Part shown: piece after piece, positions 8,950 to 16,224 of the stretch
Position numbering within the stretch: the stretch's first letter is position 1
How the letters are laid out: each line of letters opens with the position of its first letter
Assembly: GCA_034408725.1 (NCBI GenBank)
Contig: JAWXCN010000082.1
Coordinates: forward strand, 1-26,870
Direction: 5' to 3'
Source: Candidatus Hydrogenedentota bacterium
Lineage (GTDB): Bacteria > Hydrogenedentota > Hydrogenedentia > Hydrogenedentales > SLHB01
DNA length: 26,870 bases
Notes under the pieces: generated by a model
Databases searched by the model: none
Told to the model about the DNA's origin: nothing
What the model saw: the letters and a program-made list of their open reading frames with translations, nothing else
Program-made: the position numbers and the translations under genes

Positions 8950-9077
8950 AGACCGGTCACAACACGCCATCCTTTCGTGCTCGTGCTCGTAATCGTGCTC
9001 GCAATCGTGGGTCGTTATTCTTGTGGTTAAACGAGCGTGACGCGTTACGAAATACGATTACGAGCACGAGCACGAAA
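8950..9077. repeat. REP-like inverted repeat (family B) built of CGTGCT/CGTAAT hexamers
   Basis: Perfect 24-bp inverted repeat TTTCGTGCTCGTGCTCGTAATCGT (8973-8996) / ACGATTACGAGCACGAGCACGAAA (9054-9077), between convergent thuA and acylase genes. Confidence 0.9.
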
Positions 9078-9138
9078 AACGCATATAGACATTTGAGATA
9101 CTGGTTACTACCTCGCTTCCCCGCTACCTTATTTTCCC

Positions 9139-11505
9139 CTACGGCGTAAGCGTCAATGATTGCTTCACGCTGTCCGCAGGGAGCGCATCAACAGTCGAGA
9201 CGGCACGTATGGGCGCATACGTACCCGACGCCCATAATTTCATTTGATCGGAGTAGTGCGAGCTTTCGGGGTTCTCGCTTTGGCCGCCGGGGTAAGTGCC
9301 GACACTTGTCGATAGGTTGCTGAAATCGACGATCATGCGCCAGCTTGCTCCACCGCCAACGGCGCCGCCGTCGCCTCCGGGATTGACGGTGAACGAATCG
9401 CCGGGAACGGGGCCACCCTCGCGGGCGAGCTCCGGAACGGGCAGCATGGAGCGCACTTTCAGGATGTTGAAGTTGCGCCAGGCGTATTTCGTGAGGTCTT
9501 CCCCGACGTCTTTCTTCAAACTTTCGACAGTGTTTGCGAATGCGCGGCGGACGATGTCGTCGCGTAGTTCGCGATCGGGTGTTGCGCGATCGTCGAACCA
9601 GATTGCGCTTGGGTTTTCGCGTGTGATGTATTCGAGGACTTCGAGCATGGGTTCGCGCTGGTTGTCGCCCGAGAATCCCCAGGAGCCGCCCTTTGCTTCG
9701 ATGCCGCGCGCGGTCCAGTCGTCATCCCACGTCGCTGCGCGATACGCGTCCATCCAGCGCAGCCAGATGATCGTGCCGATGGAATCGAGGCTGGCGACAT
9801 AGTCCCATTGGCTCAATGCCGCCAGGACGCGCGCGGAAAACGGATCGTTGACGTCGCTCTGCGCCATTACCTGCAAGAAGACGGGCAAGAACGTTTCCGC
9901 GAATTTGTCGTGGGCATCATTTTGAATACGGGCCATGGTTTCGATAGTGAGGTCTTGCGCGGGCGCGAGCATATCTACGATCCGGCGCGTGCGCGAACTG
10001 GGGTCCCACTGGTAGCCAAGATAATGCGGGTAGCCGATGGACGCGGGGCGGCCATTGGCGGACATGACGAATCCTTCCGCGGGATTTATTGCAAGCGGCA
10101 TTTCGTCTTTCGGAATCATGCCCACCCAATCATTTTCACCGGATGCGCCATCCATTGGCACGCGGCCTTGACCGTGCAACCGGATTGGCAATGAACCCGC
10201 GCAATACAGCGCGATGTTGCCGTCGACGTCCGCGTACATCAGGTTAATCGCGGGCGCGACGAGTGTGCGCGCGGCTTCGAGCCATTCCTGAAGGTTCGTG
10301 GCGCGGTTCATTCCGAAGATCGCGAGCGCGTCCGTGCTGACACCGAGATCGGTCCATTGCATGGCGATGACGCGGCCTTCACGGCTGATGACGGGACCGT
10401 GGACGGTGTAGTCGATATCGAGTTTGTGCGGCGCTTCGCCTTTCACGGGCACGTCCTCGGAGATGCGCTCCATCGTTTTCCATTCGCCGCGGTGCATGTA
10501 TTTGCGGGGATCATTCGCATCAACCGTTTCGACAAAATAATCCACTGCGTCTGCCTGAAGGTTCGTGATGCCCCAGCCGAGGCGGTCGTTGTGACCGATG
10601 ACGATGGATGGGCTTCCGGGGAACGTCACGCCAGCGAGATTGCGGCCTTCGGCGGAGAGGTGCGCGGTGTACCAAATTGACGGGAGTGTGAAGCCCAAAT
10701 GTGGATCGCTGCACAGCATTGGTTTGCCGCTTTGTGTTTTGGAACCCGCCACTGCCCAGTTGTTGCTACCGAACGCGCCGCCGCGTCCGAGCCAAATATC
10801 ATCGAACATGCCGAGCGCCGCGAGGTAGGCATCAGACGCGCCGGGTATGGCGGTGAGTGTTGCCTTTGCGATTTTTGATGCATCCGCTTGTTGCCTTACG
10901 GCGGGAACTTCATAAGGACGATCGAGCGGCCAGAGTTGTTCAAAGGCTTCGGCGCCGAGTTTTTCGAGGACTATGCCGAACCAGAGATCATCGTCGGAGC
11001 CGGATTGGTCCCAGGCCATGTATTTTCCGAAGACGAGACAATCCACGGGCGTCCACGGGGCTGGTGAGTATTCGAGCATTTTGAATGCCGCGGGCAGGCC
11101 TTCGGCGCCGAGGTCCGCGATTTTTGCATTCACGCCCGCGCAGTAGGCTTCCAAATCTTCCCGCAACGCATCGGGAAAGTTTCCCTGATTCCAGAACGCT
11201 TCGCAGGTGCGGCGCAGACCAAGCTGGCGGACGACGATGTCGTCGTTCAGCGCGTCTTTGCCCATGACCTCCGAGAGTGTGCCGGAAGCGCTGCGGCGCG
11301 TGAGGTCCATTTGAAACAGTCTGTCGGTTGCGTGAATGTACCCGAGCGCGCGGACGGCGTCGGTCCATTTATCGGCGAAGACGTGCGGGATGCCGTATTC
11401 GTCGTATCGCACTTCAACAGTGCCGGCGAGACCTTCGAGTTTTGTTTGCGCGGTCGCGGCTATCGGGAACATCACGGCAAGCAGGAGACAGGTGCGTGTT
11501 CGCAT
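9139..11505 (-). CDS. Penicillin acylase family (Ntn hydrolase, peptidase S45), secreted
   Basis: Motifs DEYGIPHV, GYIHATDRLFQMD, GSNNWAV (nucleophilic Ser), DPHL, SANG and PGGQS.NP.S.HY.DQ..LW; signal peptide. Confidence 0.93.
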   Translation of the reverse strand: MRTRTCLLLAVMFPIAATAQTKLEGLAGTVEVRYDEYGIPHVFADKWTDAVRALGYIHATDRLFQMDLTRRSASGTLSEVMGKDALNDDIVVRQLGLRRTCEAFWNQGNFPDALREDLEAYCAGVNAKIADLGAEGLPAAFKMLEYSPAPWTPVDCLVFGKYMAWDQSGSDDDLWFGIVLEKLGAEAFEQLWPLDRPYEVPAVRQQADASKIAKATLTAIPGASDAYLAALGMFDDIWLGRGGAFGSNNWAVAGSKTQSGKPMLCSDPHLGFTLPSIWYTAHLSAEGRNLAGVTFPGSPSIVIGHNDRLGWGITNLQADAVDYFVETVDANDPRKYMHRGEWKTMERISEDVPVKGEAPHKLDIDYTVHGPVISREGRVIAMQWTDLGVSTDALAIFGMNRATNLQEWLEAARTLVAPAINLMYADVDGNIALYCAGSLPIRLHGQGRVPMDGASGENDWVGMIPKDEMPLAINPAEGFVMSANGRPASIGYPHYLGYQWDPSSRTRRIVDMLAPAQDLTIETMARIQNDAHDKFAETFLPVFLQVMAQSDVNDPFSARVLAALSQWDYVASLDSIGTIIWLRWMDAYRAATWDDDWTARGIEAKGGSWGFSGDNQREPMLEVLEYITRENPSAIWFDDRATPDRELRDDIVRRAFANTVESLKKDVGEDLTKYAWRNFNILKVRSMLPVPELAREGGPVPGDSFTVNPGGDGGAVGGGASWRMIVDFSNLSTSVGTYPGGQSENPESSHYSDQMKLWASGTYAPIRAVSTVDALPADSVKQSLTLTP

Positions 11506-11598
11506 GGAAGTGCTCCAACGGGTGAAGTGTGGCTGCGCTGCCCATCGAGCGCAACGAATGACTATACCAAATGGAAACGGCAGCGCGTCAACGCATAA

Positions 11599-12381
11599 TC
11601 AATTGCGCTTGTGGAGGAAATTGGAGAGGCGCGGAAGGTCATCGGCGTTAATGAGGTCAACTCCGGCGTCGAGCAGCGCGGCCCAGAAATCTTCACGATG
11701 CGGGATGCCCCAGAAGCGGATGATCGCGCCGGAAGCGTGTGCTTTCTCGCAGGTGGCGCGCAGTTTATCTCGAACATCCGCGGGCATGTCCCCCGCCCTG
11801 TTCCAACGGAACGTGGCCGGCCAACTGTCACTGATGACGGGGATCAGCGCCGGGTCGAGCGGGGCGTCGAGATCGGGCAGTCTTCCATCGATGGCGGCAT
11901 AGCGTTTGGATTCGGTAATCAATATGTTTTTGGGCGCGTCGCCGGACAGCACTATGGTTACGGCGTTTTGCTTCACCCTGCCATCTTCGAAGACGGTGAG
12001 CATATCTGCGTATTGTTCAAGGAGCGGACGCAATGCCGCGTAGGTGGTTGGGCCGTCGTCCTTGATATCGATGAACAGCCAGATAGTGGGTCCATCTTTG
12101 TAAACGCGGCCGCCGTTGGCGCGCACGCGCTTTTGAAGTGGATCGAGGTACAGGCTTTGCAGCGTGCGGTCCGGTTTGATGTCTTCGCGATCGTGCGCGA
12201 CAAGCAATTGGCTATTGACAAGATAGACGTCGGCTTCGATGCTGCAAAAGCCGTGGTCGAGCGCATCAAGCAGTGGGCGCGCGTGTTCGTAATCATTGTG
12301 CGCGTGTGCATTGGGGAGCGGCGCGGTGTCCGCCGCGGCTGCGATGACAGAGCAGGCAAGCATTATGATTCGCGCGAGCAT
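11599..12381 (-). CDS. Secreted PI-PLC / glycerophosphodiester phosphodiesterase-like protein
   Basis: Start 12381 with RBS GGAGGG; motifs NAHAHNDYEH, SIEADV, LLVAHD, TLQSLYLDPL, IDIK, RFWG and GVDLINAD. Confidence 0.82.
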   Translation of the reverse strand: MLARIIMLACSVIAAAADTAPLPNAHAHNDYEHARPLLDALDHGFCSIEADVYLVNSQLLVAHDREDIKPDRTLQSLYLDPLQKRVRANGGRVYKDGPTIWLFIDIKDDGPTTYAALRPLLEQYADMLTVFEDGRVKQNAVTIVLSGDAPKNILITESKRYAAIDGRLPDLDAPLDPALIPVISDSWPATFRWNRAGDMPADVRDKLRATCEKAHASGAIIRFWGIPHREDFWAALLDAGVDLINADDLPRLSNFLHKRN

Positions 12382-12403
12382 TTTGCCCTCCGGGAGAATC
12401 CGT

Positions 12404-12466
12404 TTACGAATACGATTACGAATTACGAGCGCGAGCACGAAGGGGTAAGGTGTCGTGGCCGGGTCT
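12404..12466. repeat. Degenerate copy of family B repeat
   Basis: 12422-12466 aligns with the reverse complement of 8950-8993 at about 36/45 positions; preceded by TTACGAATACGATTACG hexamers. Confidence 0.7.
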
Positions 12467-12497
12467 GCCGTCTTCGCATCATTCGGAGCTGGCGGGT

Positions 12498-12878
12498 CTA
12501 ACGGTTTACTGCGCGCCTCAACTCATCAATGAGATCGTCCGCGGCGCGATCCTTGGTCACGTACCCGGCGGCGCCGAGCGCTATCGCCTGCGTCTTGTAT
12601 TCGTCGGCGGGGTGAATGCTGAGCATGACGACGGGCAGGTTCGGGTTATCACGTTTGATTTCGCGCAGAACTTCGAGACCATTTTTGACGGGCATCGTGA
12701 TGTCCAGAATGACGAGATCGAATTCTTCCGTGCGGATTTTTTGCAACGCTTCGCCGCCATCCACGGCTTCCGCGGTCACTTCCATATCGTCGAATTGCGA
12801 CATCAACCGTACAATGCTTTTGCGCACCGCCTGGTGATCATCGGCCACCAGCAATCGTATGGGTCTCGTTCCGGTCAT
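12498..12878 (-). CDS. Single-domain response regulator (NarL-type receiver, no output domain)
   Basis: ADDH acidic pocket, phosphoacceptor in LDITMP, switch Ser in MLS, and GAAGYVTK; ends right after the receiver domain; RBS GGAG. Confidence 0.9.
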   Translation of the reverse strand: MTGTRPIRLLVADDHQAVRKSIVRLMSQFDDMEVTAEAVDGGEALQKIRTEEFDLVILDITMPVKNGLEVLREIKRDNPNLPVVMLSIHPADEYKTQAIALGAAGYVTKDRAADDLIDELRRAVNR

Positions 12879-12919
12879 CAAAATCTCCGGGTTTCTGAAT
12901 TCGAGTCCTGCTTCATAAT

Positions 12920-13570
12920 CTACTCGACCAGTCCCGCTTTCAAAGCGTACCGCATGAGGTCGGCGTTCGTCTTCATGCTCATCTTCTCGAGCACGCGCGT
13001 TCTATAGGTGCTCACGGTCTTTACGCTGAGGCACAACTTGTCGGCGATTTCGGTCGGGGTCATGCCGGAAGCCAGCAGGCGCAGCACTTCGAATTCGCGG
13101 TCTGACAAACTCTCGTGCGGCGCCCGTTCCGAGTTTGAATCCATCGCAAACGCCAATTGTTCGGCGAGCGATTCGGAAACGTAGCGTTTGCCGGAGCAGA
13201 CTTTTCGCACGGCAATGAGCAATTCATCGACCAGGCTTTCCTTGGTCACGTATCCGGCAGCGCCGGCCTGCAGCAATCGCCGCGCGTACAAGTCTTCCGG
13301 TTGCACGGTCAAGATTAACACGGGCAAGCCCGGCCGGACCGCATGCACCTGGCGCAACAAATCCATGCCGCTAATACCGGGCATGTGCAAATCCATTATC
13401 AGCGCGTCCCACTTTTCTTTTCGCAGTTTGTCGAGCAATTCAGGCCCGCTCGAGGCTTCCCCTTCGACGCGGATATCTTCGGCGCCTTGCAGCACCTGCA
13501 AGATTCCTTTGCGTACGACGACGTGGTCATCCGCTACGATGACCCGGCATTGCCGTGTCTGTAGACTCAC
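12920..13570 (-). CDS. NarL/FixJ (UvrY/GacA-like) DNA-binding response regulator
   Basis: GTG start at 13570 with RBS GGGGAGGT, next to the kinase stop; receiver domain plus LuxR-type HTH LSDREFEVL...EIA..L.LS.KTVSTYRTR.LEK. Confidence 0.93.
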   Translation of the reverse strand: MSLQTRQCRVIVADDHVVVRKGILQVLQGAEDIRVEGEASSGPELLDKLRKEKWDALIMDLHMPGISGMDLLRQVHAVRPGLPVLILTVQPEDLYARRLLQAGAAGYVTKESLVDELLIAVRKVCSGKRYVSESLAEQLAFAMDSNSERAPHESLSDREFEVLRLLASGMTPTEIADKLCLSVKTVSTYRTRVLEKMSMKTNADLMRYALKAGLVE

Positions 13571-13571
13571 A

Positions 13572-14732
13572 TCACACCTCCCCCGTAGGCAGGTTGACAC
13601 GCACGCGCGTGCCCTCACCCGGCACGGTTTGAATCGAAAACTCTCCGCCAAGCTGCGTGATACGCTCGCGCATGCCGGCAATTCCAAAAGTCTTTGCCGC
13701 GGCCGCGCCGGGGGTTGCTTGAATCCCGACGCCGTTGTCCGAGACCTCGACCTTGATTGTATCCGGTTTGACGGATAAGTGTACTTCTAATTCCGAGGCT
13801 TTTGCGTGCCGCGCCACATTCGTGAGGCATTCCTGGACAATGCGGAATATTGCGCGGGACTGCTCATGACCGGGCAACACACCATTAGTATACAGTGTCG
13901 TGCGGCAGCCAATTTCCGTCCGCTTCCCAAATTCAGCGACCAACCATTCTAGCGCCGGTTTCAGCCCCAACTCTTCCAGCATCGCGGGATGCAGTTCCGT
14001 CATGATGCGGCGGGTGGCCTGTACGGTCGCGTCCACCTGTTCGCTCATTGATGCAATAGCTTCCAGGGCCGCTGTATCCGGACTCGCGTGCTTCGAGATG
14101 TGCCGGCGCAGGTTGGCCAATTCAATCTTCAGGCTTGTCAGCGTTTGGCCCAGGTCATCGTGCAACTCGCGGCTGAGCCGCGCCCGCTCATCTTCGCGCA
14201 CGGTTTCCACATGCGCGGACAAGGTGCGCAACTCGTCTCGAGATTGCTGCAACTCGAGTTGCGCCCGCTCACGCTCTCCAATCTCTTTCACCAGGGCTGT
14301 CCGCTCGAGCCGTAACTGCGCCTTCGTCGTCACCGTCTCGAGGAGCGCGAAATAAAATGTTGTCAGCAACAACACGAGACCTGCCAACAATAAGGGGTTC
14401 TCGATTGTTGGACCCCATTGGTCAGCCCAAGCGTAAATCCCACCCTCCAACGGGGCGCTACGCAGAATCGCCACCACCTGCGAGAGCATTAAAAACGCCG
14501 TCGCAACGCTTACCATTCCTTGCAGAAGGTGGCGTCCTTTCAACTGGAATATCAAATAGAGTGCCGCGGAGATCAATAGCAGGAGGGCAATCAAACTCAG
14601 GAAATCGGCGTACAGCGGCCCCCATACGATGGAGTCGTTCACCCGTCTCGCCGCGATTTCGATTGCAAACGCGGCGCACATGGCGATGAGAATGGAAAAC
14701 CGCAAACGCGATAATTTGTCGTCCCGAATCAT
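13572..14732 (-). CDS. Membrane sensor histidine kinase (HisKA_3 + HATPase_c)
   Basis: About four hydrophobic helices, a coiled coil, H box ERARLSRELHDDLGQ, N box QECLTNVARHA, DNGVG, FGIAGMRER and GEGT. Confidence 0.93.
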   Translation of the reverse strand: MIRDDKLSRLRFSILIAMCAAFAIEIAARRVNDSIVWGPLYADFLSLIALLLLISAALYLIFQLKGRHLLQGMVSVATAFLMLSQVVAILRSAPLEGGIYAWADQWGPTIENPLLLAGLVLLLTTFYFALLETVTTKAQLRLERTALVKEIGERERAQLELQQSRDELRTLSAHVETVREDERARLSRELHDDLGQTLTSLKIELANLRRHISKHASPDTAALEAIASMSEQVDATVQATRRIMTELHPAMLEELGLKPALEWLVAEFGKRTEIGCRTTLYTNGVLPGHEQSRAIFRIVQECLTNVARHAKASELEVHLSVKPDTIKVEVSDNGVGIQATPGAAAAKTFGIAGMRERITQLGGEFSIQTVPGEGTRVRVNLPTGEV

Positions 14733-15092
14733 CCCTTACCGTGCCCTCCGCTGCCGCCCCGCCGCTCTGCAGAATATGAGAATTGTACGACAATTTACAA
14801 CCTTTTATTCTGAGCCCAAGTACCTTTTCATCTGTAAATGCTTACCGTGCATAGAATTTCGATTATTTCGCCGTTGACAGTGTTCTTCCTACAAGAACTT
14901 GCTCGTTCGTCCGATATTCCGGTCTGGACGTGATACGTATACTTCACCCCTCGACGGACAGAGTGCCGTAGATGAAAGGCTGGAATTCGATGAAGTATTC
15001 CCGGTCTTTGAAGTGGGTGGTGGGAAGGTGTCCAGCGCACTTGGTGACAAACGGTCACCGGGGACGCGGTATCTGAACTAGGAGAATTGATA

Positions 15093-15386
15093 ATGAGTGA
15101 TCAACAGCGGCAGTTTGAACAGCTTCTTCTTTCGCACGTCCCGCTGTGCTTTTCGGTAGCGTTACGCCTTACGAACAATCGCGAACACGCGCGAAGCGTT
15201 ACAAGGGACGTGCTCACGAGGGCTTGGGAGCTGTCCGACCAGCCGGATTTGCATCGGAGCATCAAACCTCGGCTACTCGCGATGTTGCGCAAACGCATCG
15301 AACAGCGCGCCCAAGAGCCCACGGCGTTACCGATGGCTTTGGCGCCAGCCTGCGTGACGCCCATGCAGCTTGCGGCAAAACGTTAG
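15093..15386 (+). CDS. Short ECF sigma-like protein with region 2 only
   Basis: RBS AGGAGA; FEQLLLSHVPLCFSVALRLTNNREHARSVTRDVLTRAW...IKPRLLAMLRK follows the ECF sigma-2 pattern; no sigma-4 HTH. Confidence 0.65.
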   Translation: MSDQQRQFEQLLLSHVPLCFSVALRLTNNREHARSVTRDVLTRAWELSDQPDLHRSIKPRLLAMLRKRIEQRAQEPTALPMALAPACVTPMQLAAKR

Positions 15387-15566
15387 CGAGCTTTCGAGCG
15401 GCGTCCCTGGTCCCGTTCAGCGCATATAACGCTGCCATTGGCGGATAGGAAACGGCGAACGTGGCGGTTATTGCCGATGTTTGAATCTCTCCGGTTCTTC
15501 GCTGGCGTGTTTTTCCGGCGTGGAACCGGTTCATTATTTCATGCGGGAAACCAATCAGGTTCATTG

Positions 15567-15600
15567 AAAAGGGCCGCCGGAACGCAAATCCCGGCAGCCC
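15567..15600 (-). terminator. Intrinsic terminator for the 40-aa gene
   Basis: Minus strand GGGCTGCCGG-loop-CCGGCGGCCC-TTTT, starting about 22 nt after the stop at 15623. Confidence 0.75.
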
Positions 15601-15622
15601 ACGAATTCGGAGGGAATGTGCC

Positions 15623-15745
15623 TCAGCTCATGCCTAACGCACCCAACAACCAATACAGGACGAGAAATACAACGATTGTTCCCAAGACGCCGCCGCCCCA
15701 CATCCAGGCGCCAGCGCCGGCGGCTCCAGTTCTGAGTAAACCCAT
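15623..15745 (-). CDS. Unannotated 40-aa Gly-rich membrane peptide
   Basis: MGLLRTGAAGAGAWMWGGGVLGTIVVFLVLYWLLGALGMS; RBS AGGAG (15754-15758) and its own terminator; too short to appear in the ORF track. Confidence 0.75.
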   Translation of the reverse strand: MGLLRTGAAGAGAWMWGGGVLGTIVVFLVLYWLLGALGMS

Positions 15746-15974
15746 GTCAAAAACTCCTCTCGTTAACGTGCTGGAATATATCCACACTGGTTCCACAGTA
15801 AAGAACCCCTATTACCTGCCGTTCATTCCCATTATTTCCGGTAATCTTCGGCTTTTGGGTGTAGACGGGGGAACAAAGTTTGCCGCGCCCGGAAGGGCGA
15901 TGGCGGCCGGGCTTGTTAACCATTACAACAGGCCCAGACCAAGGAACTCGGGACAGTCTGAAAAGGAGAACTAC

Positions 15975-16124
15975 ATGTCTAGTTGGAAACATCTCGTAAT
16001 GGCCGCGCTCATTGCCGTATTGAGCATCGGCTCCTTCAGTTGCAACACCGTGAAAGGTGCGGGTCGCGACATTCAGGAAGGTGGTGAAGTCATCGAAGAC
16101 GCCGCAGGTAGCGCGCAGCGGTAA
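15975..16124 (+). CDS. Entericidin EcnA/B family lipoprotein
   Basis: RBS AAGGAG; signal peptide followed by CNTVKGAGRDIQEGG, the entericidin signature. Confidence 0.92.
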   Translation: MSSWKHLVMAALIAVLSIGSFSCNTVKGAGRDIQEGGEVIEDAAGSAQR

Positions 16125-16145
16125 ATTCACCCTCGAAGAAATAAC

Positions 16146-16180
16146 GGCGGCGGCCCGAAGGGTCCCTTCGGGCCGCCGCC
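16146..16180. terminator. GC-rich palindrome between convergent genes, probable bidirectional terminator
   Basis: Perfect 17-bp inverted repeat GGCGGCGGCCCGAAGGG-T-CCCTTCGGGCCGCCGCC; poly-U tails are weak. Confidence 0.65.
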
Positions 16181-16224
16181 ATCTATGCAATCGCTTCCTT
16201 TGGGAGGCGCTAAGACCTGAGGTC

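Noticed and set aside
8973-9077. Possible CRISPR array (also considered for 17617-17724)
   Set aside because: These are inverted or contiguous tandem repeats without unique spacers, and no cas genes are present.
14940-15080. Riboswitch or leader peptide ahead of the half-sigma gene
   Set aside because: Short hairpins (e.g. GGTGAC-N5-GTCACC) are present but match no aptamer consensus I recognise; the small ORFs lack clear RBSs. An Rfam scan would settle it.
15778-15786. Single DnaA-box-like ATATCCACA
   Set aside because: One mismatch and isolated; compatible with chance.
15438-16124. 228-aa plus-strand ORF
   Set aside because: Only the last 49 codons (entericidin, own RBS) look coding; the rest overlaps the antisense 40-aa gene and its terminator.
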